A stretch of DNA of 64,000 bases from an uncultured delta proteobacterium (GCA_963737905.1 CAVTUQ010000040.1:32001-96000); one strand, 5' to 3'. Positions 38,701 through 48,396 are shown, counted from the first letter of the stretch. Notes: generated by a model not told the origin, from the letters alone. Program-made: numbers and translations.

Positions 38701-38918
38701 GTTGGGTCGGAGTCCACAGGGCAAGGAGAGCGAAAGCAAACTGGGAGTCTTTTCCTGATCGTTCTGAATCAATGAGGCCGCGGGGCTTTTCGCCCCGCGG
38801 ACCGTCTGTGAATGAGCTTGGATCGCCGTCTAGCCACCAGGGCTCGCTGGTCATGACGCGACGAAGGGAACAAAAATGGAGCGAGAGTCTTTTTCTTTGA
38901 TCTTTGAATGGAACCGAC

Positions 38919-39260
38919 ATGAGGGTTAGCAAAGCCCATGTTAAGAATTTGTTGGTGGCGCTTCTATGGTTGATGTTGGCTGGCGGCGCTGTTTCAAATT
39001 GTGCCCTCACCGGCATACGGGCCGTAGCGCCATCGAACGCACCGAGTGATTCCCTCTGTAGACAAAAACGGAATCTGCTTGACTTGATCATGCCCGAGAA
39101 CCCAGATGCGGCCACTGTCGAGTGATCTGCGCGAGTTTTATCCACTTACTGAACACGAACAGTGTTAAGTACGTGATCGTCGGCGCCATGGACGCTCGCA
39201 TTCCACGGGCCACCACGTTATACCAGCGATCTCGATATCTTTGTTGCCAGAGACGAAATC
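38919..39260 (+). pseudogene. Chimeric remnant: N-terminus of the M23 lipoprotein gene fused to part of the nucleotidyltransferase pair
   Basis: 38919-39043 is homologous to 48397-48522 and 39075-39256 to 49211-49392. Confidence 0.85.
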
Positions 39261-39389
39261 AGGTGAGCGAGGCTGGTCGGCTCGTCCTTTCTCCTTTCTC
39301 ACCTGTCGCCAAACCCCATGGATTCCCGGGGAAAATTTCCTTAGCGTGGCATTTTCAGACGTGCAACACATCTCAAAATTCTAGAGGAG

Positions 39390-39520
39390 GGTGTCTTTTT
39401 ACACACCCGTGGTGGCGAAATAGCCACCTCCGTTAGCCTTTCAGTAAGCAACGTCCTTCTCAGCTCTTTCATCAACTCAATCACTTAGCGCATCTCTCCT
39501 CCACTGGCACTACTGTTGCT
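39390..39520 (+). promoter_or_regulatory. Sigma54 enhancer-IHF-promoter module, copy 2
   Basis: GGTGTCtttttaCACACC (39390) + GGTGGCgaaataGCCACC (39411); AACTCAATCACTTAG (39474); TGGCACtactgTTGCT (39505-20). Confidence 0.85.
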
Positions 39521-39593
39521 GAACAGCTCGGTGTGCGTCGTTACCGATCAGTTGCAGCTGAGGAAAAGGGTTTTCAAAAACTGGGAGGGAAAT

Positions 39594-40160
39594 ATGAAAC
39601 TAGGGACGATTATAGTAGCGAGCAGAGAACGAGGTCGGACTTTAATATCTCAACTATCTTGGATTTCATGGAGCGAAAAGCACCGTGAAACAAATTCTAA
39701 AGCTAGTCGGAAAACATGGCGCGCAACGTCTATTGTATATTTTCTGTTTTTTATCTTGTGCGCGAGATCATTGGCGGCCGACCCAAAGACAATGGCCTTC
39801 CTCGAAGAGCACACCGTTGCTCCGGGTACGCCACAAACTGTCGGCGCTTTGTACGTGGTGCCGCCTGGACGCAAAGCGTACGTCTCTAACATGGTCTGCG
39901 AGATCCGGTCGTTCAACGGTCCTGGCTACTCGTTCATGTTTCTCGTGGCTTTCGCCAATGCAACAATAGCGGGACCGGCGACAAGTACAGCGGGAATGAA
40001 TCCGCTAGTCTGCGTTAATTCCGACTACATCACCACCAATACATCAAGCCCCGGATTTACGCTTTTACCTGGCAACTACATCTACGCTCTGTACGGCAAT
40101 TTAGGGAATAATATGGATTTTCAAATGCTGTCTGCTTTCATTTTTGAGGATGATCTGTAA
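39594..40160 (+). CDS. Hypothetical exported beta-sandwich-like protein
   Basis: Hydrophobic segment (IVYFLFFILCARSLA) followed by a beta-rich region (LYVVPPGRKAYVSNM); RBS GGAGG. Confidence 0.6.
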   Translation: MKLGTIIVASRERGRTLISQLSWISWSEKHRETNSKASRKTWRATSIVYFLFFILCARSLAADPKTMAFLEEHTVAPGTPQTVGALYVVPPGRKAYVSNMVCEIRSFNGPGYSFMFLVAFANATIAGPATSTAGMNPLVCVNSDYITTNTSSPGFTLLPGNYIYALYGNLGNNMDFQMLSAFIFEDDL

Positions 40161-40227
40161 GTACGATCGAACAGGAAAATTGGGTCAAATTGCCGAAGTG
40201 AACTTACCGGAAATTTGATTAAGCGAC

Positions 40228-40548
40228 ATGTTTGATCGACGGGGGGAGGTAATTAGGGTCAGGTCTTTATATTTATATTTGATTCTGCTGAAAAGGTTTT
40301 CGGCAAAAATTAGGACACAAATTTTCGCTCACAGATGCCGTATAACGAACGATCGCAGCTTGGTTAATCATCCTGAGAACAGTGTGACAACAACGATCCT
40401 TTTTAACGAGACACCGACGTTTGGGGGTTTCGTGGCGGCCGCTGGAGAGGTTTCCTTTATCCCGGAGACGAATCGAATCTTTGTGCGCTTCAAAGACAGC
40501 AGCAATGTTACGCGCGGCTTAACCAGTGTGACCGTAAGAACTCAATGA
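40228..40548 (+). other. Possible gene fragment (3' end of a hypothetical gene) preceded by a RAYT/REP-like end
   Basis: The C-terminal half looks coding; AATTAGGGTCAGGTCTTTATATTTATATTT at 40251. Confidence 0.3.
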
Positions 40549-40821
40549 CATGGAGAGGGAAAGGAGGATATTTTCATCTGATGGATGCATTGTTTCCGAG
40601 GCACTGATGCCTTAGCGGGTCGCAACTCCATAACCATGAACTACCAGCCTTGAGCGAGAAAGGTCCCGAGAGCCGGTCAGCCGATACAAGCAAAAGTCTA
40701 TCTTGCCTTCGGCTCCGGCTCCCGCGACGGTCACAGTTTCTGTGTGCGTGGCACCGGGAGCCCGACGTTCTTAAATTCATTGAGACACATCTCAAAATAG
40801 GAAGGGGCGAAATAGAGCTAG

Positions 40822-41727
40822 ATGATGAAAACGTTGGCGACAATTCTAATGCCGGTCTACTTGCTCCTAATCACCTGGATTCCGATCGAATCAAGCGCGC
40901 AAGTCTTCGGCGGCGGGACGGAAGAAAAAGATACCGTTGTTCTCAAATGGCTAGGCAATACTGGTTGGGAGATTCAGATCGGGCAAACGATCATTCTGAT
41001 CGATCCGTTCTTAACCCGTGGAGAGGTAAATCTCGGCGCTGAATGGAAAACTGATGAAGCGGCTGTGTTGAAGGCGATCAACCGCGCTGATTATATTTTC
41101 GCCGGCCATAGTCACGCGGATCATATCGCCGACATCCCGTTCATCGCGAAAAAGTTCGGCGCCAAAGTAATCGGATCGCAGACAACGACGAACATCGCGC
41201 TCACCGCTGGCGTGGACAAGTCACAACTCATCACCATAAGCGGCGGCGAAAAACTGGATTTTAAGGAGTTTTCGGTTCAAGTGATCGAAAGCGTCCACGG
41301 GGCGGTGATTAGAGGAGGACGTAGTCGCCGTCCGAAGTTTGAGGAAATCACCAGACCGTGGGCTGGTCCTCTAATGGGCAGCAGTTTCGTAGAGGGAGGA
41401 TGCTACCTTTATTACTTCACCTTCGGAAAGCATCGCGTCTTGCACCAGAGCACTGGTGGCTTCATCGAAGAAAATCTCAGCGGTTTGCGACCCGATATCG
41501 CCCTTCTATACCCGATGAACCGCAACGATTCGGCAGAGATTCTCAAGGCGCTGCAACCGAAAATGGTATTCGTCCATCACTTCGATGAGTGGCGGGCGCC
41601 AATCGCGGAAGGCATGCCGGAACGAAATCGTAAACGGGCTCAACGGTTCGCTAACGACGTTCGAGCGCTCAATCCTGAAATTAAAACCGTCATCCCCGAG
41701 TTCTTCGCGTCCTTTACCTTGGAGTGA
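40822..41727 (+). CDS. Secreted MBL-fold metallo-hydrolase (UlaG-like)
   Basis: Signal peptide; LKWLGNTG, LIDPFL, GHSHADH and HHFD motifs. Confidence 0.85.
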   Translation: MMKTLATILMPVYLLLITWIPIESSAQVFGGGTEEKDTVVLKWLGNTGWEIQIGQTIILIDPFLTRGEVNLGAEWKTDEAAVLKAINRADYIFAGHSHADHIADIPFIAKKFGAKVIGSQTTTNIALTAGVDKSQLITISGGEKLDFKEFSVQVIESVHGAVIRGGRSRRPKFEEITRPWAGPLMGSSFVEGGCYLYYFTFGKHRVLHQSTGGFIEENLSGLRPDIALLYPMNRNDSAEILKALQPKMVFVHHFDEWRAPIAEGMPERNRKRAQRFANDVRALNPEIKTVIPEFFASFTLE

Positions 41728-41843
41728 AGTCGAATCTGAATTCTTAGGAGCAGAGGAAAGGCGTCTTTTCACAGCCTATCTAAGTGGAGCTAGCGGGAAA
41801 TTTCTTTAGAGCCTCCATATTTACTGCCAGCCTAGAAAGAAGG

Positions 41844-41973
41844 GGTGTCTTTTTACACACCCATGGTGGCGAAAAAGCCACCATGTTGATCGTCCAGCAA
41901 GCACTTCTCTTTATCCGCTCTCTCATCAACTCAACCACTTAGCCCGATGTTCTGCGCTGGCATTGCGGTTGCT
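41844..41973 (+). promoter_or_regulatory. Sigma54 enhancer-IHF-promoter module, copy 3
   Basis: GGTGTCtttttaCACACC (41844) + GGTGGCgaaaaaGCCACC (41865); AACTCAACCACTTAG (41928); TGGCATtgcggTTGCT (41958-73). Confidence 0.85.
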
Positions 41974-42061
41974 GTGTAGATCGGCGGGAAGTCGCAGCAC
42001 AGGTGGAAATCAAAGTATTTTCCCGTCTCGTCGTCGTAGACGGGAAGAAGGAGTCATTCCT

Positions 42062-42311
42062 ATGAAAAGCACAAGAAGCACCGCTCAACATCCATTCGTT
42101 TTGATCCTGGCACTGCTCGGTTTGGCGGGTCTGGCCACGTTCGCGTTGGAGCCAGTTGCGCTCGCACAGGTTAATCCGAGTTGGACCCCTACCGGCAGCC
42201 TGAACATAGCTCGCGTTGGTCACACAGCGACGCTGCTCCCCAATGGCAAGGTACTGGTCACAGGGGGCAGGGGCTATAACTATGAAGCTCTCAACAGCGC
42301 GGAGGTATATG
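42062..42311 (+). pseudogene. Truncated Kelch-repeat secreted protein (paralog of 49973-51952)
   Basis: Signal peptide plus one blade WTPTGSLNIARVGHTATLLPNGKVLVTGG...SAEVY, then cut by IS200 sequence; 5' leader shared with 49973. Confidence 0.85.
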
Positions 42312-42542
42312 GGACGGGCGAAGAACTTTGTGAGACAGCACTTTTGGGCGAGGGGGTACTACGTGTCGACGGTGGGGCGGGACGAGGCCGAGGTGCGTAA
42401 GTATATCCAGGCGCAAGAGAAAGAAGATCGACGGTTGGATCAGCTGAAAATGTTTGAATAGAAGGAAACGCCGGCGTAGCCGGCCAGACCGCTTTGAGCG
42501 GTTCACAAATCAAGCCTCCGGCTCTGCCGGAGGTACATGACT
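42312..42542 (+). mobile_element. tnpA: IS200/IS605 tnpA 3' remnant with right-end hairpins
   Basis: KNFVRQHFWARGYYVSTVGRDEAEVRKYIQAQEKEDRRLDQL (Y1 transposase C-terminus), followed by ACCGCTTTGAGCGGT and CCTCCGGCTCTGCCGGAGG hairpins. Confidence 0.85.
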
Positions 42543-42629
42543 AATGAGTAAGGCGAAAGCCGGTTTTGGGGTCTCTATGTACATGTCACAAAGACAGACA
42601 CCTTAACAGCGGCGTATCCAGAAGCAAAC

Positions 42630-42760
42630 ATGGACAGCGCCATGCAGAAGCTGAAGGACTTCACCCTCGAAGGTATGGCCGACAAAATCGAATGCCCGAT
42701 ACTCATTGTGCACGGCGAGCACGACACCATCGTGCCGGTCGAAATCGCTCGCGCTCCTCC
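42630..42760 (+). pseudogene. Alpha/beta-hydrolase C-terminal fragment
   Basis: FTLEGMADKIECPILIVHGEHDTIVPVE. Confidence 0.6.
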
Positions 42761-42941
42761 GACCGCTGCGCCGCCCAAACCAGCCGAGGCAACACCGCCA
42801 TTTTCATCAAACATTAAATGGGATTGGCAACTCCCCGGTCCGGGCGATCTTGCTCAGGCCAGAAAAAAGGTGGTTTAAATTTCCTAGACAGATTGCGCGT
42901 ATTGAAATTAGAGCCGCCGAGCGTGGCAAGATTGGGACCTC

Positions 42942-43712
42942 GTGCAGCCATTCTCCGCAACAGAAGGAGAAACCATGTTCATAACATCGAACCATCTAGC
43001 CGCATATATTGCCCTTAAGAGCAGGCCAATGACTCAGGAGGGAGTGACCTACCGGAAGAGCGAAATCAGGGTCATCGCCACCAGAACAGCATATGGAACT
43101 TTGATCACGACGCTAGTAACGATCCTGTTCGGGATCGTTTTCGCTTCCACGGCCAGCGCGGGATGCGCGAACGTCCCAGCAAAGCCGGAGCAGCAGCCGT
43201 CCTGGCTCGTACAGACCGCATATCGGCCTGGGACGTTTGTGCTCGCTTCCGATGACGATGGCCCCTCAATTGTAGGGCTGTGGCAATTTACGTTTGTGGC
43301 CAAAGGCAACGGAAACAATACCCCGCCCTTCAACCCGCCCGACGGAGCGATACTCGATGCGGGATACGTCCAGTGGCACAGCGATGGAACGGAACTCATG
43401 AATTCCGGGCGCGATCCGGCCACCAGCAGCTTCTGCATGGGGGTATGGAAAAGCACCGGAAGATTCAAGTACAAGCTGAATCACGTTGCCCTGAGCTGGG
43501 ATGCCACTGGACAGAGTTGCCCTCCGTCTCAACAGCCGGGAGCGACCGGCTGTTTCCAGGGTCCCGCCAATATTCGCGAGGAGATCACCCTGGACCATTC
43601 CGGCGATCACTACACGGGCAGGTTTACGTTAGATCAATACGATCCCACCAGCACGATGCTGCTATTCGAACTGAAGGGTACCATTGCTGCAGACCGCATC
43701 ACGGCGGATTGA
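42942..43712 (+). CDS. Secreted hypothetical beta-barrel-like protein (start uncertain, probably 43029 or later)
   Basis: Signal-like LVTILFGIVFASTASAGC; SIVGLW.F.F...WHSDGTE.MNS...FC.GVW...YKLNH pattern. Confidence 0.75.
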   Translation: MQPFSATEGETMFITSNHLAAYIALKSRPMTQEGVTYRKSEIRVIATRTAYGTLITTLVTILFGIVFASTASAGCANVPAKPEQQPSWLVQTAYRPGTFVLASDDDGPSIVGLWQFTFVAKGNGNNTPPFNPPDGAILDAGYVQWHSDGTELMNSGRDPATSSFCMGVWKSTGRFKYKLNHVALSWDATGQSCPPSQQPGATGCFQGPANIREEITLDHSGDHYTGRFTLDQYDPTSTMLLFELKGTIAADRITAD

Positions 43713-44115
43713 CGCCGGAGGACGGTGGCGCTCTGCCGCACAACAACAGCAGCGCCGCTTACGGTGTTTGCTTTGAACTCATAAGTCAGCCTCCGCCTTT
43801 CCGGGCGGAGGCTGCGCATACGCCCATTAGGTCTAAGACCCAATGCTGTCCTAGCTGGTTGTCTGCTGATATCGTCAATCTCCGGCCTGCGATTGACGAT
43901 GATTGGCGACTAGACAACCTCTAGCCCAGTTCTGGCTCCTGCATGTACGTGGCTGTAGTGTTGTCGGTCTCCCACAAGGGGAGTTCTGAGGTCGGATCTT
44001 GGACCATGTAATTGGCAAGAAGCGATCATGTATCAACGGTCGCGCGGAGATGGTTGAAAGATAATTCTACCGTCAAGTTTTGGGTTCGCCCGCGAGAGGA
44101 ATCTGCGTCCCCCGT

Positions 44116-44212
44116 GCAGTTGCGCGCTTCGTAGCTCGGTCGGTTCACACGGCAACGCTGCTTCCCAATGGCAAGGTCTTGGCCGCGACGGGATATTATA
44201 CGGGGACGGCGG
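44116..44212 (+). pseudogene. Kelch gene fragment
   Basis: HTATLLPNGKVLAATGYYTGTA; 44146-44212 nearly identical to 50918-50984. Confidence 0.8.
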
Positions 44213-44347
44213 GACGTACCTCGACCTTTAGAGATGGAATTCGACGGCGCTCTACCTCACGCTGGACAATCGCGAAATGATTTCTTCGAAATGATACGGC
44301 CCGCGAATTGTTTCTCGGCACCCTCGCCCAAAAGTCAACGAGCATTG

Positions 44348-44788
44348 TCACGCGATGGCTATTTCGACGTTGAGCGGCTTAAGGTTTTCGGCCTTCGCCG
44401 CTTTAAGTAATCGCCCGTCGGCGGCAGCAAACGTGGTTTCCTCATCGAGAGCGATCTTGAGCGAGAGCGCGGAGGCCAGATGAACGGCATCGAAGCCCTT
44501 CAGTGGGTGGCGTTGGATCAGGTCGCGTGCCAGACCTAGGATATCGTCTCCCAACTCGACTCGAATATAGGCGTGCCAATCGCGGTCAAACTGGCTGCAA
44601 GCGAGGATGTACTCTGCTTTGGACAGATTGCGCTCGCGGAGTTTCCGTGTGAGACCCGCAAAGATTTCCGCATAGGCGATTTTCGCAGTGGCAACGGCTC
44701 TGTCTCGCTGCACCAGGGATCGAACCAGAAGCGATCCCTTTTCGCTAACGAACCGTTTAATCAGAGCGCTGGTATCGAGATAAATCAC
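44348..44788 (-). CDS. vapC: VapC (PIN domain) toxin
   Basis: IYLDTSALIK..E, AYAE, DAVHLASAL and AADGRL PIN motifs. Confidence 0.9.
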   Translation of the reverse strand: MIYLDTSALIKRFVSEKGSLLVRSLVQRDRAVATAKIAYAEIFAGLTRKLRERNLSKAEYILACSQFDRDWHAYIRVELGDDILGLARDLIQRHPLKGFDAVHLASALSLKIALDEETTFAAADGRLLKAAKAENLKPLNVEIAIA

Positions 44789-45066
44789 CTGCGATCTTGC
44801 ACAATGGCCTTCGAGGTGGGTTTACCCGAGACCCTTACTAACCGAACTCGCCTCAGGGGCTTTTGGGTCGGCAACACCAAGAGACCTCGTGCCGCAAGTC
44901 TAGCGAGCCTCGCTTCCAAGCTCACGGCTTTCTCCGCGCTCTTGATCGGCTGAATCAGCGCAATCGGGTTGCCTCTTTCAGTGACGATCACCTCTTCTCC
45001 TTGCTTGGTCCGTCGAAGGTATTGGGTAAGACAATTCTTAAGTTCTTTGACGCCAACCGTGCTCAC
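44785..45066 (-). CDS. Phd/YefM-family antitoxin
   Basis: VGVKELKNCLTQYLRRTKQGEEVIVTERGNPIA; stop overlaps the vapC start. Confidence 0.9.
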   Translation of the reverse strand: MSTVGVKELKNCLTQYLRRTKQGEEVIVTERGNPIALIQPIKSAEKAVSLEARLARLAARGLLVLPTQKPLRRVRLVRVSGKPTSKAIVQDRR

Positions 45067-45263
45067 AAGATGATCCTCCAATGTAGCTATGGTAGCTACT
45101 TTAGGTCTAGAGTACAAACTCTAGCAGGCCGCTGCCTGCAAACAGACTTTTTCATCAACTTTCTGTTGCTGCTTTATTTCAGAACTGGCTACCTTTTTGA
45201 ATATTGCGCCAGTACCATCGGAGTCGCCGCCGAAAAAGTCGCGTGTCCCCTCTCATTTCACAT

Positions 45264-45394
45264 GGTGGCTTTTTACACACCCAGGGTGTTGAAAAAGCCA
45301 CCTTTGTTAAGCTTCCAGTAAGCAACCTCTTTTTCAGCTCTCTCATCAACTCAATCACTTAGCCCGCCTCCTGTCCGGTGGCATTACGGTTGCT
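45264..45394 (+). promoter_or_regulatory. Sigma54 enhancer-IHF-promoter module, copy 4
   Basis: GGTGGCtttttaCACACC (45264) + GGTGTTgaaaaaGCCACC (45285); AACTCAATCACTTAG (45348); TGGCATtacggTTGCT (45379-94). Confidence 0.85.
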
Positions 45395-45472
45395 CACCAG
45401 GACGTGGGTTCGCACAACCCGTAAAGAGACGGGACCCGGATACCATCAGATCCTCTTAAGAGAGTAATGAAC

Positions 45473-46080
45473 ATGTTTGACTTCACTGGCATCATCATCA
45501 AAGGCGGCCGGTCATGGTCCCCCTTTTGGCCTGCTCGATCATCTCCCTCGCCGTGGTCATAGAGCGGATCCTCTTTTGGCGCAAAGCCCGCTCCTGCGGA
45601 CCGGTGGAAGAGCTCCTCCAACTGGTCGAGCGCCGAGAGTTCGCCAAAGCGACCGAACTGGGCCAGAGTGTCGATTTGCCAGCCGCCCGGGTCTTAACCG
45701 CCGGCCTCGAACACCGAAACCCTTCGCTTGCCAAAGCCCTAGAAGTAGCGGCACAGGCGGAGATCCCGGTTCTCAAAAAGCGCCTGACCATTCTCAACAC
45801 CATCATCACTCTGGCACCCCTTCTGGGGTTACTGGGAACCATCACCGGTATGATCAGTTCTTTCGGCATCATGTCGGAGGCGGGCCTCGGCCAGCCCCAC
45901 GCGGTTACCGGCGGCGGCGCCGAGGCCCTGATCGCCACCGCGGCGGGACTCTTGATCGCCATTCTTACCCTCGTCCCATACAACTATTTCTCCAATCGAG
46001 CCGAACGGGAACTGGAAGAGATTGAGTATTACGGCTCGCGCCTGGAGCTGCTATTGGCCGAGCAGGAAGGGAAAAACTAG
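45473..46080 (+). CDS. exbB: MotA/TolQ/ExbB proton channel protein (probable -1 indel near 45510)
   Basis: MFDFTGIIIKGG(P)VMVPLLACS...APLLGLLGTITGMI..F...EALIATAAGL. Confidence 0.85.
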
Positions 46081-46116
46081 CCCAGTGTTCAACAGAACGA
46101 CTTTAAGAAAGTTTAT

Positions 46117-46221
46117 CGCGCCAAGACGCCAAGCACGCAAAGAAAGACATGTACTTATTTTCCGAACCTTGGCACCCCCTTCGACGTCGCTCGGGACATG
46201 CTTTGCGCCTTTGCGCGAGAC
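46117..46221. repeat. 9-mer-periodic palindrome with a nested CCCTTCGAC..GCTCGGGACATG element
   Basis: cgcgccaagacgccaagcacgcaaag ... cttggca[cccttcgacgtcgctcgggacatg]ctttgcgcctttgcgcg. Confidence 0.6.
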
Positions 46222-46272
46222 ATTGTTTTTCCGATCTCTTTCTCAATTCAGAATTTCAAAGGTAAGTGCCTA

Positions 46273-46380
46273 ATGCGGCTTTCGCGCAGAACCATCAAGA
46301 GAGCCCGCATCGAGATCATTCCGATGATTGATACGATCTTTTTCCTGCTGGTCTTTTTCATGATCTCGACCCTTGGCCGA
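46273..46380 (+). pseudogene. exbD: Truncated ExbD/TolR
   Basis: RARIEIIPMIDTIFFLLVFFMISTL, then loses similarity. Confidence 0.8.
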
Positions 46381-46657
46381 GGACACGATGTTCGACTACA
46401 AGTGCACCATATGGGAAACCCGCACTTATCGCCATTCTCTTCAGTACAACATTCGCTGGATCATGGAGGTTCGAACACGAGATAATCGTTTTACAAATAG
46501 ACAAATATAAAGCAACCGGAACCGTCGAGCCATGTAGCTGATTCGAATTCTTCACTTTGGGGACCGGCTACTTTTTCGAATATCCCGGACAGTACGATCC
46601 GACTCGCCGCAGAAAAAAAGTTGCCTGTCCCTTTAGTGCCTTTAGTGCGCCTAAACC

Positions 46658-46930
46658 CTAGAGCGCTACTTTAAGTCGGGGTTGCACTAGACGGGACTTT
46701 GGAGGAGGAGCCAATTTCTTGACCCGTACGTGGACCACCGGCTGATTCTTTTCCCTGTGGCGGCGAGCCAGGGCCAGATTCTTGCGACACAGAGACGGAT
46801 CATCCTCCGGCAGAAGCACCACTAGGGCATTGTTCGGAATTTTATCCGCCACCTCGGGATGCTCGACGAGGTACTTATTAAATTCCGTGTTTAGTAGGAT
46901 ATTTTTATAGGCGAAACTCTTTTTATTCAC
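46658..46930 (-). CDS. Small putative antitoxin-like protein (DUF5647-like)
   Basis: NILLNTEFNKYLVEHPEVADKIPNNALVVLLPEDDP; paralog of 32588-32866. Confidence 0.65.
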   Translation of the reverse strand: MNKKSFAYKNILLNTEFNKYLVEHPEVADKIPNNALVVLLPEDDPSLCRKNLALARRHREKNQPVVHVRVKKLAPPPKSRLVQPRLKVAL

Positions 46931-47241
46931 TTCGTTTCCTCCCGAAAATATCTTTCTCGGTAGAGCTCCCAATTGGCTTTCACATCTTCCTGTGCGTAAG
47001 AGAAAGCGTCGCTAAAATTTGGAAAGTGCAGCAACCTCTTTTCCTTTGTCCCGTCCGGGTTCATGACATCCGTGTGAGGCTGTCCATGCGCTGTGTCATA
47101 ACGGACTATAGCCATCCACTGATCCTTCAGAAGCGTTTCATACTGAACAACAAATGCCGTGATTTTGCCTCGATCCTTTCTGAACCGAACCCGGATACGA
47201 TCCTGGCCGGTGATCATTTGGACATAGGCTTTCTCAACCAC
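46927..47241 (-). CDS. Small putative toxin-like protein (DUF7718/TumE-like)
   Basis: FVVQYET...W..IVRYDTAHGQPHTD; paralog of 32863-33170. Confidence 0.65.
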   Translation of the reverse strand: MVEKAYVQMITGQDRIRVRFRKDRGKITAFVVQYETLLKDQWMAIVRYDTAHGQPHTDVMNPDGTKEKRLLHFPNFSDAFSYAQEDVKANWELYRERYFREETK

Positions 47242-47335
47242 TAACTTGCTATTCTTTACGAACAGCCAAATAAGTCAACTCCTAAAGGCAGGTACGTGGA
47301 AGAACAAAGGCTCGGGAGTCCTTTTCAACCTATTT

Positions 47336-47515
47336 TCAGAGTAAGCGAGAACGCCCCAAAGAATTCTTTGCCACACCATGACGATTGGCGACATCATTCT
47401 GCACAATTAGGGCCGGGCGCGTCTTCCGAATTTCTGCACCTATCGTGGGATCAAAATTGACGAGATAAACCTCACCCCTCCGAGGTCGTACTAACGGCGT
47501 TGGGCTTTGGGCCAT
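47336..47515 (-). pseudogene. mazF: Truncated MazF/PemK toxin (59 aa)
   Basis: Manual translation MAQSPTPLVRPRRGEVYLVNFDPTIGAEIRKTRPALIVQND..N, then premature end. Confidence 0.85.
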
Positions 47516-47739
47516 ACTTCTTCATCGATTAGGAACCATTCTTCCGCAATTGCTCGGTCGCGCTCAAATCTGCGAACGGATCCTTCCTTGATCTTTTTTT
47601 TGAGACTCTTCCTCGCCGCCCCTCGAAAATATTGTTTCAGAGCTTCGTCGACGAGCCGGCTTCGGTCGCCTTTACCCGCCACTCGTTCCATGAGGCGCAC
47701 AGTTGACTCTGGCAAGGTGATATTAATGCGCTTGTACAT
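47491..47739 (-). CDS. Ribbon-helix-helix (CopG/EndoAI-like) antitoxin
   Basis: KRINITLPE...SRLVDEALKQY; overlaps the mazF start. Confidence 0.8.
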   Translation of the reverse strand: MYKRINITLPESTVRLMERVAGKGDRSRLVDEALKQYFRGAARKSLKKKIKEGSVRRFERDRAIAEEWFLIDEEVWPKAQRR

Positions 47740-48047
47740 CGCTTGGATTCCTTTCGGGGATTAACGCAGCATACACACTGTCAATTGCCAGGTGGACGCC
47801 TGGGATCGCGTTTTGAATTCTTATCGTTCTCGCTGAAGAGCAGGGCAAAGCGGGAAGACACCTTACACGTGAATCGGCGACGTTTTGCAGATTCAGCGCC
47901 ATCCGTAGCGGACCTACCTGCTGGCGATTCTTATCGTAGTTCTCATACCCGTCTTCGAATGAGTTAAAAAGCGCCCCGAGAGCTATGCCGGTTAGCGGAA
48001 GAATTTCTTCACCGCGTCTTTTTTGAGCGACTAGGCAGCGGATCGGC

Positions 48048-48175
48048 GGTGGCTTTTAAGACACCCACGGTGGCGAAAAAACCACCTTTTTTAATTGTCT
48101 AGCAAGCACTTCTCTATAGCTCTTCCATCAACTCAATCACTTAGCCGTCTCTTCTCCGCTGGCATTACCGTTGCT
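48048..48175 (+). promoter_or_regulatory. Sigma54 enhancer-IHF-promoter module, copy 5
   Basis: GGTGGCttttaaGACACC (48048) + GGTGGCgaaaaaACCACC (48069); AACTCAATCACTTAG (48130); TGGCATtaccgTTGCT (48160-75); downstream leader shared with copy 1. Confidence 0.85.
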
Positions 48176-48396
48176 GAGTAATCGCACGGATGATTACACA
48201 CGACTCGTGCTTGAGGACAAGCGATTTATCTAAACAAATCACACGGAAGATCGTGACGAGAAAATTGAGTTTTAAGCCCCGCGGATCTCTGGTGAATGAT
48301 CCCGAATCGCGGTGCAGCTTCCTTCCAACGACTAAAAAGACTCATGGTCCATTTGTGTTCCCTTCGTCGCATCATGACCAGCGAGACTTGGTGGCC

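Noticed and set aside
42825-42945. TGGCAA motifs upstream of the 43-kb secreted gene as a seventh array promoter
   Set aside because: No TTGC at the -12 position and no UAS or IHF box.
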